The notes: generated by a model not told the origin, from the letters alone. 64,000 nt of DNA from an uncultured Oscillospiraceae bacterium (GCA_964496795.1 CAZCAV010000002.1:13900-77899); one strand, 5' to 3'; counted from the stretch's first letter, positions 28,652 to 39,146 are shown. A program made the numbers and translations.

Positions 28652-30502
28652 TCAGGGCCTCTGCGCGCTTATCAGCGCGCGGATGTCGCCAAGCATATAC
28701 AGGGAGCCGAGCGCGCAAACCACTCCGCCCGTGCCCGCAGAGGCAAAGGCCGCATCGAGACCCGCCTGAATGCTGTCACAGGAGACCGCCTCAACGCCAA
28801 ATGCGCGCACGCGCTCAGCCAGTTCATCAGCCGGCATAGCGCGGGGGTTATCTGGCGTAACGGTGATCACGCTTTGCGCCAAAGGCGCGATCTGATTCAG
28901 CATGTGCGGCACATCCTTGTCGGCCATAATGCCCAACAGAAATACGATCCTGCGGTCGGGCAAGTGCTTTTGAATGCTGTCAATGGCCGCTTCTACACCC
29001 TGAGGATTATGACCTCCGTCGATGATGAACAACGGATTGCGGCCAAGGATTTCAAAGCGTGCCGGCCATTTCACGGCGGCAAAGCCGTTTATAACTGCCT
29101 TCGTGTCGATCCGCCAGCCTTTTTGCCTGAGCGCCTCGACAGCCGTAAGCGCCACAGCCGCATTGTGAAGCTGATAGCTGCCTACCAGCGGGCAGCTTAA
29201 GTCATGAAATTCGGGTTCGAAATCAAAGCGAAGGCTCTTAAGATCCATGGCGGTTTCATGAATACGGCTGTGATCGGTTATTATGAGACGCGCATGCTTC
29301 TTGCGGCAGGCTGATACAAGTATCGCGTCCGCCTCCTCATTTAAACCGTAAATAACCACATCGCCATTTTCCTTAATGATGCCGGCCTTGGCTCTGGCGA
29401 TGTCGGCAATGGTTGGACCAAGCTCGCGCGTATGATCAAGGCCCATGTTGGTAATAACGGCCAGCTCCGGCGTATCGATGACGTTGGTGGAATCAAGCTC
29501 GCCGCCCATGCCGACCTCAAGCACGACGATATCGCAGGCGTGACGTTTAAAGTACAGCATGGCAATGACGGTTATCAGTTCAAATTCCGTCGGATGATCG
29601 GCCATGCCGTCGGCAAAGGGGCGGACAAGGGAAGTGATTTCGGCAAGCTCATCATCGGCAATGGACAGTCCGTTTACCTGCATTCTCTCGTTGAACCGGT
29701 CGATAAACGGAGAGGAATAGCTGCCGGTCGTATAGCCGGCGGAAATCAATATGCTTGAGAGCATGGCAAGCGTACTGCCTTTGCCGTTGGTGCCGGCGAT
29801 ATGGATAAACTTTAAACCCTTATGTGGATTTCCGACTTTATCCAAAAGCTCATTTGTACGTTCCAGTCCAAGCCGGCTTCCGCGCCAGGTGACATGGTGG
29901 ATATAGCTCAGCGTTTCCTCATAGTTCATCTGAGGCATGGAGTTACCGGAAACAGCGGCTTTGACGGGCGCCGCAAGCAGCTTTGCCTGCAGCAGCCTGT
30001 CGAGTGCAAATATGATCAGCGCGTCCACGATCATAACGCCGCAGACCGGCAGAGCGCGCGTAGCCAGCATCATGGCAAAGGGCGCGCCATAGAGCCAGGA
30101 CAACGCCAGTGTTTTCCAGAAAAGCGAGGCGATCAGTTCAGCAGACACTGTGCAAAGCGCCACGCGCCATAGAGTGCGTTTGCTTTTCAGAAAAACCTTG
30201 CCAAGCAGTCCTGAAATCACGCCAAGCAGCAAAAATGCTACGGTCAGCGGCGGATAATAGGCGCCTGCCGTTGGAAACAGCACCGTGCCGACGAGGTCTG
30301 CAAGCACGCCTACGACGCCGCCGACGATCGGCCCGAACCAGAGACCGGCAAGCAGCACAGGTACCGCGTCAATGCTCAGACGGATGGAGGGGGTGGCCTG
30401 GATCATTAAAAACTTGGACAGTACAACCTGAAGAGCAATAAACATGGCCATCAGGGCCAGCATTTTGGCGGATAAACGGTTCTTCTTTTCCATGCGTTTC
30501 AT
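28652..30502 (-). CDS. folC: Fusion protein: folate-family ECF transporter S component (FolT) N-terminal, folylpolyglutamate synthase (FolC) C-terminal
   Basis: Residues 1-~175 carry 5-6 TM helices with the FolT-like core SIRLSIDAVPVLLAGLWFGPIVGGVVGVLADLVGTVLFP. From about residue 185, a Mur-ligase FolC follows with HIAGTNGKGST P-loop and DGGHNP. The frame is uninterrupted across the junction near 29940. Confidence 0.85.
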   Translation of the reverse strand: MKRMEKKNRLSAKMLALMAMFIALQVVLSKFLMIQATPSIRLSIDAVPVLLAGLWFGPIVGGVVGVLADLVGTVLFPTAGAYYPPLTVAFLLLGVISGLLGKVFLKSKRTLWRVALCTVSAELIASLFWKTLALSWLYGAPFAMMLATRALPVCGVMIVDALIIFALDRLLQAKLLAAPVKAAVSGNSMPQMNYEETLSYIHHVTWRGSRLGLERTNELLDKVGNPHKGLKFIHIAGTNGKGSTLAMLSSILISAGYTTGSYSSPFIDRFNERMQVNGLSIADDELAEITSLVRPFADGMADHPTEFELITVIAMLYFKRHACDIVVLEVGMGGELDSTNVIDTPELAVITNMGLDHTRELGPTIADIARAKAGIIKENGDVVIYGLNEEADAILVSACRKKHARLIITDHSRIHETAMDLKSLRFDFEPEFHDLSCPLVGSYQLHNAAVALTAVEALRQKGWRIDTKAVINGFAAVKWPARFEILGRNPLFIIDGGHNPQGVEAAIDSIQKHLPDRRIVFLLGIMADKDVPHMLNQIAPLAQSVITVTPDNPRAMPADELAERVRAFGVEAVSCDSIQAGLDAAFASAGTGGVVCALGSLYMLGDIRALISAQRP

Positions 30503-30556
30503 AAGCAGTCACCATGCGCTTTCTTGCAGGAAGAAAACGTTATAAAGAAAGTCTTA

Positions 30557-31156
30557 TCAGGCAAGCTCCAACAGCCTGCCGATAGTTAAATCTCCGACGA
30601 CGGCCATATCCTCGGCGGAGAAAGCCAACGCAAAATCATCAGAGAAGAGAATCTGCGCAGTAGGCGGGAATTCATCGTCTCCGCACCATAGTAATAGCCT
30701 GAGCCGACGTCTGTCAAGAAAAGGAATCTCAAAAGCGGCGTCGGCATTGGGAATCGGCGTTCCTCCAAGAGCCAGACAGGCCTTTGAAAACGCGTCCATG
30801 CGGCCACCGAAGGTAAAGGCCAGACGCCGAATGCAGCGGCCTTGGAAATTGGCGTCATATACCGCGCCCCAGGGCATTTCACGATAGGAGAGATAGCGGC
30901 CGGCGGAGGGCGCGTCGCGCCCTCCGATCAAATAGCGCAGGATTAACAGGCGCGCCGCAGCGCGATCGAGGCTGCCGACTGCGCCGGTTATCAAGTAGTC
31001 CGGCCATTGCGCCTGTATTGGAACGTCTAACAGCGTAAGGAGAAAGCGTTCACCGCAAAACGGCGCGCCCGTGCGAGCGGAGATCTCTTGCGGCAGGAGC
31101 GCGCGATAGCGTTCCTCATAGATGCGCAGCGGATTCTCATCCTTATTGTTGATCAT
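30557..31156 (-). CDS. DUF3786-domain protein
   Basis: 199 aa. This size and position, right after acsV-type genes, recur in acetyl-CoA synthase clusters. The sequence-level call is from memory of the family. ATGA overlap with the upstream gene. Confidence 0.55.
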   Translation of the reverse strand: MINNKDENPLRIYEERYRALLPQEISARTGAPFCGERFLLTLLDVPIQAQWPDYLITGAVGSLDRAAARLLILRYLIGGRDAPSAGRYLSYREMPWGAVYDANFQGRCIRRLAFTFGGRMDAFSKACLALGGTPIPNADAAFEIPFLDRRRLRLLLWCGDDEFPPTAQILFSDDFALAFSAEDMAVVGDLTIGRLLELA

Positions 31157-33081
31157 GATGCGCCTCCCGTCACGGTGGGGAATAGACCCGCGTCCGTATG
31201 CGGCAGGAAACAGGCCGCCACAAAGGCGTCCATGTATCCGGATACGGCGCTAAGTTCAAGATAGGTCATATTGTCCGCCACCGCAGACAGCTTTTCGGCG
31301 GCGGCTTGCGATACCAGCGCCGCAAAAGCACCTGTAAGGGCGGAATTGCCGATATAGTCATAAAACTCTAAGGGAATATCCGGAAGCATGCCGATGCGTA
31401 TCGCGCTCTGCATATTGATGCCGCTGCCAATACCGCCGGCGACAAGCACGCGCTCGATGCAGCCGGCATCCATATCCAGGGCGCTCAGCATGGTCTGTAT
31501 GGCGGAAAAGATAGCGGCCTTTGCACGGATGAAGTTATCGATGTCCACACTGGTGATGGAAACCTCGCGGCCGGACGCGCTTTCCTGGGCAAAGCAAAGT
31601 ATGTAGCGGCCCATGCCGTCCGCGTCCATTTTGACACGCTCGCTTTCACCGTGAAAACCGCCCTTGGCATTGATCAATCCTGTGCGGAAAAGCTCGGATA
31701 TAACGTCTATGACGCCGCTTCCGCAGACGCCGACAGGCTTGCCGCTGCCTATGACGGAGAAACTCGGTAAGCCGTCGCTTTCGTGAATCGTACAGGCTTC
31801 GATGGCGCCGTCTGTTGCGCGCATGCCGCAGCTGATGTCTCCGCCTTCGAAGGCGGGACCGGCGGAGCAGGCGCAGCTCATCATAAATTCACGGTTGCCC
31901 AGTACGAGCTCGCCGTTGGTGCCAAGGTCTACAAACAGCGTGAGCGCGTCGGAATTCCATAGCATAGAGGCGAGCGCGCCGGCGGTAATATCGCCGCCGA
32001 CATAGCTGCCGATATTCGGGCAGAGGGAGACATAGGCGGCGGGATGCAGGTTAAGGCCAAGTGAGGAGGCGCGAAGAGGATGAAGCGAAAAAAACGCGGG
32101 CACATATGGCTCAGTACGAAGGCCGTTGGCGTCAACGCCCAGAAGCAGATGCTGCATCGTGGTGTTGCCAGCGATGACGACGTCAAATATGCTTTCAGGA
32201 GAGACTTTGGCAGCCTTACAAAGCTCTTGGATCAGCGGAAGCAGCGTTTCGCATGTAATAGCGTCGCGCAGCATCGCCGTGCCGTTTTCTCGCTGCTGCT
32301 CCATGATTCTGTGGATCACATCGGCGCCATAGCGAATCTGGCCGTTTCCGGCAGACGCTTTGGCCAGTATTACGCCGTCGCCCAGATCGACGAGGAGCGC
32401 AGCCACGCTTGTGGTACCGATGTCTATGGCCAATCCGCACACGGGCGCATGATCCTGTGGCGGCAGAAGCGCCAGGATCTCGGCGGAGCTTGAGAAGCGG
32501 CGAAGTATACAGCGCAGGGAGAAGCCGTTTTCACGCAGAAGCAGCGGCAGCTTTTGGAGGCCGGACAGCGGAAGCACAATTTCATCTATGCCTGCAGATG
32601 ATTTCAGAGCGTCTGTCAGACGCTGCGTATCCGGACGGGCGTCGTCCAAAGACGGCGGTTCAAGACTGAGATCAAAGGCCTGCGTGAGCGGCCCGAAACC
32701 AAGTCCAGCCTCTGTCATCTCGGAACGCAGGCGATCAAAAATGGCCAACTCGCGACCGTCGCTGAGATCAGCGACCTTCATGCGGCTTCGATAGGCGACG
32801 GCAATATCCGGCACTTCGATGATCGCATCGCCGCTGATTTGGCACTGACAGCTCAGGCGCCAGCCGTCCTGATAATCCATGTCGTTGATATGACGCGAAG
32901 GCGCGCTAAGCAGGCTGCCGGAAACCAACCGCACGCGGCATTTCCCGCAGGAACCGTTTCCGGAGCATGGCGCGTCAATAGCGACGTTCGCTTTACGGGC
33001 GGCGTCCAGTAAGTTTTCGCCGGAAGCGGCGAAGAGCCTACGCTCCTCGCCGCCTTCCATTCTGAATACTATCTGTGGCAT
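31153..33081 (-). CDS. acsV: Corrinoid activation/regeneration protein (RACE-type: [2Fe-2S] ferredoxin domain plus ASKHA ATPase)
   Basis: N-terminal plant-type ferredoxin motif CSGNGSCGKCRV...C, ASKHA motifs DIGTTS and DLGTNGE, size 642 aa, immediately downstream of acsB. Confidence 0.8.
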   Translation of the reverse strand: MPQIVFRMEGGEERRLFAASGENLLDAARKANVAIDAPCSGNGSCGKCRVRLVSGSLLSAPSRHINDMDYQDGWRLSCQCQISGDAIIEVPDIAVAYRSRMKVADLSDGRELAIFDRLRSEMTEAGLGFGPLTQAFDLSLEPPSLDDARPDTQRLTDALKSSAGIDEIVLPLSGLQKLPLLLRENGFSLRCILRRFSSSAEILALLPPQDHAPVCGLAIDIGTTSVAALLVDLGDGVILAKASAGNGQIRYGADVIHRIMEQQRENGTAMLRDAITCETLLPLIQELCKAAKVSPESIFDVVIAGNTTMQHLLLGVDANGLRTEPYVPAFFSLHPLRASSLGLNLHPAAYVSLCPNIGSYVGGDITAGALASMLWNSDALTLFVDLGTNGELVLGNREFMMSCACSAGPAFEGGDISCGMRATDGAIEACTIHESDGLPSFSVIGSGKPVGVCGSGVIDVISELFRTGLINAKGGFHGESERVKMDADGMGRYILCFAQESASGREVSITSVDIDNFIRAKAAIFSAIQTMLSALDMDAGCIERVLVAGGIGSGINMQSAIRIGMLPDIPLEFYDYIGNSALTGAFAALVSQAAAEKLSAVADNMTYLELSAVSGYMDAFVAACFLPHTDAGLFPTVTGGAS

Positions 33082-33090
33082 ACGATCCTG

Positions 33091-35229
33091 TTACATCAAG
33101 GGCTCGAGATTCAGGGCGGGATGTCCCTTCTCGGCCAGGAAGCTCATAACTTCTTCGGATTCCGTGGCAATGGTCTCATCGCAGATCATATCCGTAAAGT
33201 TATCGATCCCGTAGAGCTCCTTTGCGGTTTTGTTCAGACGGCCGGCTACATCGTCCTTGAGCTCCTTGGGCATCCACACGATGCGCTCGGGTCCGCCCTC
33301 AGCGCCGATAAATTTCTTGGAGGCGATGAAGTGACGGCCATGTCCCATGAAGCCCGGTGTCTGCACGCCGCCACCCGTCATGCTCGCAAGCTCGCCAAAG
33401 GTCATGCCGGTGGGGGTCATGCCCTTGTATTCGCGGTTGACCACGACTACGCCGTTGGCTTCCGGCATGATGCCGCAGATGCACTCGAAGCAGCCGCAGC
33501 TTGTCATCGGATCCTCGATCAGAGAATAGAGCGTTACCTGCTCGACCGCGCCGTGCGTGGCTTCGCCGACCACCTTATTGACCTCGGTGTATGCGCCCGT
33601 GCGTTCGTCCGTACAGCCGATCTTGGCGATGGGCTGGCAGGGACCGGTGGGCGTGAGCTCCTTTGTGGCTTTGGCGTCAAGCCAGGAAACCGCTCCGCAG
33701 AGACCGAGCCGCTCCGGAGTCACTACGCAGCAGTGCGAGGGCGCGAAAGATTGGCAGAGTATGCAGGTATAGAAGGTATCGACGCTCTCGTCGGTCATGG
33801 CGGCAAGGCGGTCGTCGCGGGCATTGTAGCGCGGCGTGCCCTCGTTATCAAGCAGCGCCTGCACCTGTGCCTTGTCTGTGATAATGCTGACCTGGCATTT
33901 ATCAACGACGTTGTCGAATTCATCCATAACCATATGGTAGACCACCTCGCCAAGGTGCCGAAGCTTCAGGCCCTTCTCCCTGGCCTCATGGCTGATACGC
34001 ACGCGCACAAGATTTCTCTGTCCCGTGTGCATAACGCCTTCCATATAGTTGAACCAGTGATGGATCTTGCGCTCGATGACCGGCTCAAAGTCTGTTTGCA
34101 TCTTTGCGCCCGCCACTTCGACGATGCAGGCGAGCGGCAGCTCCACAGGCGCTGCGCCGTCCGGTTCTGGCCCGATTACGCGGATTTCATGATCCGTCAC
34201 ATCGGCTAGGTCGCGCATGATGACCAGTTCGCAGGTGGGGTTTTTACTGGAGGAGAATTCTGCAAACATATCGTTGCGGCGAATGATCTCGCCCTCAAAG
34301 GCGGAGGCAAAGGCCACGGGGATCGGAAGCTCCTTGACCTTGATCTTGATGTTACGCAGCTCGAGAGAGGTTTTTACCGTATCGTTATGATCGGTGACAG
34401 ATACCAGGGCGCCCGGAACCTGATTCTCACCGAGGTCAACGTCCACGATGACGGGGAAGCCAAGCGCGATAGCGCCGGCGCCGGCGGATACTACGACCTC
34501 GTTGAGCGCGCCAAAGGTATTGACGAAGGCGGGCACGCGGTTCTTGGTGTATTCCAAAAGCGTGCCGAGCTCGCCGGGCTGTACATTGCCGAAAATCAGC
34601 GCGGCGCGAATGGCAACGGTAACGACATGGATGACCGCGGTCACGTCGTGACCCAGCGGAACTACACGGAAATCGAGTCCGACCTTGACGCCGGCTTCAT
34701 TGATCTGATCAATCACGTCGCCGACAAGGAAAGTCAGAATACCCTTGCTCTGATAATCCTTCACGACCTTGGCCACGTCCTGCGGATCGTCGGCCTTGCC
34801 GAGCACTACCGCCACGCCGGGGATGTCGCCCGTGACGAGCGGTACGCCGAGGGAACGGATGATGGGATCGGGGACGAAGCCGATGCCGCCCTCGTTCTCA
34901 TAGGGAGCTGCACCGCCGGCAAATTTCAGGCCTTCAAGAATCTCCGCGCCGACCGCGGTAGCCAGACCTGCGTTCAGTGCTTCGCCCAGATCTTCCTTGT
35001 TGGAGATCAGGCTCTTGAGTACGCCGACGCAGGCGGGAAGGTCGCCGAGCTTGGTTACCTTTACGCCGGTGGCCGCGTAGATCGTGGGGAAGAAATAGGC
35101 CGTGTCAGGGAAAGCGATCTTGGCGTCAGCGCCATATTTGGCGATAGCGTCGTTGACTGCGCCTTCGGTCAGGCCCGCAACGGCGTTGGAGCCCGCATAA
35201 ATCAGATCGGTGAGTACGCTCATGTTCAT
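33091..35229 (-). CDS. acsB: Acetyl-CoA synthase (A-cluster Ni-Ni-[4Fe-4S] subunit of CODH/ACS)
   Basis: 712 aa with an AcsB-type N-terminus (LIYAGSNAVAG...FPDTAYFFP) and the A-cluster cysteine region CILCQSFAPSHCCVVTPERLGLCGAVSWLD plus CGCFEC. Confidence 0.95.
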   Translation of the reverse strand: MNMSVLTDLIYAGSNAVAGLTEGAVNDAIAKYGADAKIAFPDTAYFFPTIYAATGVKVTKLGDLPACVGVLKSLISNKEDLGEALNAGLATAVGAEILEGLKFAGGAAPYENEGGIGFVPDPIIRSLGVPLVTGDIPGVAVVLGKADDPQDVAKVVKDYQSKGILTFLVGDVIDQINEAGVKVGLDFRVVPLGHDVTAVIHVVTVAIRAALIFGNVQPGELGTLLEYTKNRVPAFVNTFGALNEVVVSAGAGAIALGFPVIVDVDLGENQVPGALVSVTDHNDTVKTSLELRNIKIKVKELPIPVAFASAFEGEIIRRNDMFAEFSSSKNPTCELVIMRDLADVTDHEIRVIGPEPDGAAPVELPLACIVEVAGAKMQTDFEPVIERKIHHWFNYMEGVMHTGQRNLVRVRISHEAREKGLKLRHLGEVVYHMVMDEFDNVVDKCQVSIITDKAQVQALLDNEGTPRYNARDDRLAAMTDESVDTFYTCILCQSFAPSHCCVVTPERLGLCGAVSWLDAKATKELTPTGPCQPIAKIGCTDERTGAYTEVNKVVGEATHGAVEQVTLYSLIEDPMTSCGCFECICGIMPEANGVVVVNREYKGMTPTGMTFGELASMTGGGVQTPGFMGHGRHFIASKKFIGAEGGPERIVWMPKELKDDVAGRLNKTAKELYGIDNFTDMICDETIATESEEVMSFLAEKGHPALNLEPLM

Positions 35230-35241
35230 AATCTCCTTCTA

Positions 35242-36027
35242 TTATAGTTGCAGATAGGAATCTGCATACAGGTTGTTGTTGCGAATGATATCGCAGGATT
35301 TAATGGTCTCCATCAGTCTGAGATCGCAGGGATTGACGATGGCGGAGGTCAGGCCGTTCATCATGGCCATGGCGACCATGGCGGAATCCATGATGGGCCT
35401 GATATCCTTGGGCATACCGTTGCTGACGTTGGAGAGTCCACCCGTGGTGTTGAAGCCCATGTCGGAGAACATTTTGATGGCTTCAAGCACGTCCATCTGC
35501 TTGTCCTGCATGCCCTTGATAACGAGGAAAAGCGGATCGAACCACATATCCTCGGCTTCCATGCCATGCTCCATACCGCGCTCAAGCAGCTCCTGACAGT
35601 ACATCATGCGCTCGTCGTTGTCGGCAGGCACGCCGGACTTTGAGCAAAGCGCGATCACAATGGCGTCGTTGGCTGCGGCCAAGTCGATGTTCTCTACGCG
35701 ATCGCCGGCATCGGCAGAGTTGACGATGGGCTTGCCCTTTTGCCGGTTATACACAGAAATACCGGCCTCGATAGCCTTGCGATTGGAGGTATCCAGACAG
35801 AGCGGCACGTTATCAAAGCTGCTCTGGATCAGCGTAACGGCCCATTTCATCAGGTCTTCGCCGTTGCTCTCAGCAGGCCCGATGTTGACGTCGAGATAGA
35901 CGGCGCCTGCGTCGAGCTGTTCCTTGGCGCGCTTCAGAATCGGTTCCGGATTCTTTGTGTTCATGGCCTCGCGGATAGCGGGGGAGATACAGTGAATGCG
36001 CTCTCCGATAGTAACAAATTTTCCCAT
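35242..36027 (-). CDS. acsE: Methyltetrahydrofolate:corrinoid/iron-sulfur protein methyltransferase
   Basis: 261 aa pterin-binding TIM barrel (IGERIH...YLDVN...NSA...GLSNVS), located between acsC and acsB. Confidence 0.9.
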   Translation of the reverse strand: MGKFVTIGERIHCISPAIREAMNTKNPEPILKRAKEQLDAGAVYLDVNIGPAESNGEDLMKWAVTLIQSSFDNVPLCLDTSNRKAIEAGISVYNRQKGKPIVNSADAGDRVENIDLAAANDAIVIALCSKSGVPADNDERMMYCQELLERGMEHGMEAEDMWFDPLFLVIKGMQDKQMDVLEAIKMFSDMGFNTTGGLSNVSNGMPKDIRPIMDSAMVAMAMMNGLTSAIVNPCDLRLMETIKSCDIIRNNNLYADSYLQL

Positions 36028-36037
36028 AATGCCTCCC

Positions 36038-37384
36038 TTATTGATAATCCTTCAGGAATTTGACCATCTGAATCGCCTCATTCGGGCCGACGACGATTTT
36101 CCAGCCCGGGAGCTTGTCCTCAATTTCGCCCTTGAGAACGGCGACCTTTCCGGGGATAATCAGCGTACGGTTTTTCAGCTTCTGCTCGATCGCGAACTCT
36201 TCAAAGAATCGTGCGATGGAGGAAGCGGAAAGCTTTCCGGCTGCCCAGGCAGTCAAAACCGAATAACCGCCCGCATCGGAGATGAGCAGGTTGACGGGCG
36301 CGCCGCTGCGCTCGATTTCGCCGGAAACGACAAAATAGGTGAGCGCAAAATCCACTGTGGTCAGGCAGACTGCGCTGTCATCTGCGCCGTTGAGCGGATA
36401 GATGCCCGGATCGACCTTCATAGGCTTTTGCGGATCGGTATAGATATTCTGCCTGAGGCCATACAGCGGAAGCGCCTCAGCAAAGCGCATGGTATCCATG
36501 GCAATGACGGATGCGTACTTGAGCACGAACATGGCAGCCAGAGCCGCTTCCGTGGCCGGATCGTCCTTGGCCAGCGCACCGACGTTGACAAAGGAGGGAT
36601 AGCCAAAGCTGCGATCGCCATCCTTGAGCGCGGTGCGGCGAATCAAAACGGCATTCCGGTAGGTTTCCTTAATGGTCGCGCCTGTGGCGTTCAGCATCAG
36701 GTTTTTATTACCGGCGGCTTCGAGCTTCTGCACGGTATCGTAGAGAGCCTCAAGCGAAGGCGCGGATACGCCAAGGACCACGCCGGCTTCTGTGGCGAGG
36801 GCGTTCATCGCTTCCCAATTTTCAGGATTGGCGCCGAGCAGCACGGGCTTTGAATCCTTGCTAAGCGCAAGCGCCGCCTTTGCCGTTTCCACATCGTCAG
36901 TTTCCAGAACCAGAACGCGCTGAAGCGGCAGAGCCTTTTTTACGATGCTCAAAAAGCGCTCCTGATCTGCGGCAGAGGCGCAGCGGATATGGATAAGCTC
37001 CACATACATGCGCTCGCCTATGCGTTCATAATCGATCTTTGTGATCTCAGAAAGGGCCGCGTCTACGCGCGCGTCGTTCATGCAGGTGCAAAGCGTTACT
37101 GCAAACAGATTTTTACTGACCAACGTCTTTTCATGACGGAACAAAACGGTTTCGCCGCCGAGCTTGTGCAGATTCGCGCCCGTACCGATTTCGAGAGCCT
37201 TCATGGGCGGTGCGGCGGCCTCGGAAAGCTTGGCCTTCGCGTCGTCGGACAGATGCGGACACTTCTCAACGGGGACTGCCCCCTGAGCTACCTTCATGGC
37301 GAAAGCCATGCAGGTCGGACTGCCGCAATCCTTGCAATTTGTTTTAGGCGTCAGTTTAAAAATATCGAGTCCTTTGAGTGCCAT
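36038..37384 (-). CDS. acsC: Corrinoid iron-sulfur protein, large subunit
   Basis: N-terminal [4Fe-4S] motif CKDCGSPTCMAFAMKVAQG...C, 448 aa, precedes acsE. Confidence 0.9.
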   Translation of the reverse strand: MALKGLDIFKLTPKTNCKDCGSPTCMAFAMKVAQGAVPVEKCPHLSDDAKAKLSEAAAPPMKALEIGTGANLHKLGGETVLFRHEKTLVSKNLFAVTLCTCMNDARVDAALSEITKIDYERIGERMYVELIHIRCASAADQERFLSIVKKALPLQRVLVLETDDVETAKAALALSKDSKPVLLGANPENWEAMNALATEAGVVLGVSAPSLEALYDTVQKLEAAGNKNLMLNATGATIKETYRNAVLIRRTALKDGDRSFGYPSFVNVGALAKDDPATEAALAAMFVLKYASVIAMDTMRFAEALPLYGLRQNIYTDPQKPMKVDPGIYPLNGADDSAVCLTTVDFALTYFVVSGEIERSGAPVNLLISDAGGYSVLTAWAAGKLSASSIARFFEEFAIEQKLKNRTLIIPGKVAVLKGEIEDKLPGWKIVVGPNEAIQMVKFLKDYQ

Positions 37385-37396
37385 AATGCCGCCTCC

Positions 37397-38341
37397 TTAC
37401 TGCAACGCGCTGATCAGCGCGGCGACTTTTTCGACCGAGGTCGGATGCTTGAGTATGACGGCGTGCGAGCCGGAAGCCAAACATGCGGCGGCTGTCACAA
37501 CTTCCATCTCTATGCCGCGTTGTTCCATGTCTCCCCATTCGGGCATATCGTCCTCAGATACGAGCGATTCCTTTACCGCCCAGGCTTCAGCGCCGACGGG
37601 CGTGATAATGGGCATCTGTAGCATACCGTCGTTCTGGCCCAGCGCTGCGGCAAGCACACGATCCATCGTGGAGGCGACGTATTCAAAGCCGTAACCGGCT
37701 GCAGCGGCGCCAAGGTTCATGACGATGCTGCCGTCTGAGACGCCGAGCTGCGTCAAAAGAACGTTCAACTGCTTAGCCAGATTGATATCGACGGCAGATT
37801 CTGCGCCGACCTTGTGCCCATAGGCCAGTCCCGCGGACGCGCCGACCGTTTTGTAATCCTCCTCGCGCGCGGAGAGAACAAGGATGTTGCGCCCGCTCAG
37901 CGTTTCGGAAACGGCGTTGAACAGGGCGGAGTCCTTTTCAATGTTCTTGCAGCCGGCGATGACCAATGGCAGGTCTGCGGCTTCCGACACAGCCTTGGCA
38001 AGCGCGACGCAATCTTCAGTCGAGCGATTTTTGCCGTTCGGATCCGCACCGTCGAAGCGCAGACACAGAAAGGATGCGCCGGGCATTTGCGCCGCGCGCC
38101 CGGCCATAGCCGGCACGGAATCACAGCCGGCATAGTAGGACGCGATTCCGGGAACCGTAACGGCCTCCAGCCCCAGATCAGAGATCTCCACGCCCACCTT
38201 GGGCGCGTTTGGAAGCGGTGCGTCAAAGCTGTAAAAAGGCAGCACGTTTTCGCCGCCGATGCGCACGGCTTTTTCGCCGGCGCCCAGCGTAACCTCTCGT
38301 ATACGCGCGCCAAACACATGGGGTTTCATAACAAATGGCAT
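37397..38341 (-). CDS. acsD: Corrinoid iron-sulfur protein, small subunit
   Basis: 314 aa TIM-barrel-like protein between cooC and acsC in the canonical acsD position. Confidence 0.85.
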   Translation of the reverse strand: MPFVMKPHVFGARIREVTLGAGEKAVRIGGENVLPFYSFDAPLPNAPKVGVEISDLGLEAVTVPGIASYYAGCDSVPAMAGRAAQMPGASFLCLRFDGADPNGKNRSTEDCVALAKAVSEAADLPLVIAGCKNIEKDSALFNAVSETLSGRNILVLSAREEDYKTVGASAGLAYGHKVGAESAVDINLAKQLNVLLTQLGVSDGSIVMNLGAAAAGYGFEYVASTMDRVLAAALGQNDGMLQMPIITPVGAEAWAVKESLVSEDDMPEWGDMEQRGIEMEVVTAAACLASGSHAVILKHPTSVEKVAALISALQ

Positions 38342-38360
38342 AGTCTGTTCCTCCTGATAT

Positions 38361-39146
38361 TTAAAGCCCTAACGCGTCTATCAATGGGTGCAAGGCCATC
38401 TTGATCGGCGCGTCTTCCGGTACATTCGTGCTGGGCTTTCCAGCGCAGTCAAACTCATACACGGCGTCGTCCTGCGGCAGTACGCCCAGCAGGTCGAGGC
38501 CCTGTGCTTTTATCTCCTCAAGAACGCCTTCGTTCAGCGCGCCTGAGGGAGCGCGGTTGACGATCAGCTTCATGACGCTTGGCTTGAGACCCAGCTCCTT
38601 TACCATGTCCTTAATGCGGCCCACAGCCTGGATGCCGCGGCGCGAGCAGTCGGATACAAGCAGCATGATATCCACCGCCGGCAGCGTACCACGGCTGATA
38701 TGCTCAAGTCCAGCCTCGTTGTCCACGATGATATAGCGATAGCTGTCCTCATATTTTTCCAACTGTATCTTTAAAACGCCGTTAACATAGCAATAGCAGC
38801 CCTTGCCCTGCGTGCGGCCCATCACCAGCATGTCATAATCGTCGCCCTCCAGCAAAGCAGAGGAAAACATGAACTCCGCATAATCCTGCTTGGTCATGCC
38901 CGCTGGAATGGGGGAGGGGGAGACAAGGTCGGCGTGAGCGATATTCTCGCGGATCTCGCCAAGTGTCATTGGAAGTTCCACGCCAAGCACCTCGTTTAGA
39001 TTGGCGTTTGCGTCTGCGTCCACCACCAGCAGCGGGCCTTTTTTCTGGTCGGTCAGATAGCGTATCAGCATGCCGCAGACGGTGGTTTTGCCCGTGCCGC
39101 CCTTACCGGCGACAGCAATGGTAATGGGATGAGAGTTATTCTTCAT
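38361..39146 (-). CDS. cooC: CooC/AcsF-type nickel-insertion ATPase
   Basis: Deviant Walker A AVAGKGGTGKTT, metal-binding CXC (GKGCYCYVNG), 261 aa. Confidence 0.9.
   Translation of the reverse strand: MKNNSHPITIAVAGKGGTGKTTVCGMLIRYLTDQKKGPLLVVDADANANLNEVLGVELPMTLGEIRENIAHADLVSPSPIPAGMTKQDYAEFMFSSALLEGDDYDMLVMGRTQGKGCYCYVNGVLKIQLEKYEDSYRYIIVDNEAGLEHISRGTLPAVDIMLLVSDCSRRGIQAVGRIKDMVKELGLKPSVMKLIVNRAPSGALNEGVLEEIKAQGLDLLGVLPQDDAVYEFDCAGKPSTNVPEDAPIKMALHPLIDALGL

Noticed and set aside
30503-30556. THF riboswitch upstream of the folT-folC fusion.
   Set aside because: Only 54 nt separate it from the upstream DUF3786 gene, which is too short for the ~90-nt aptamer, and I could not find the conserved THF-riboswitch core by eye.
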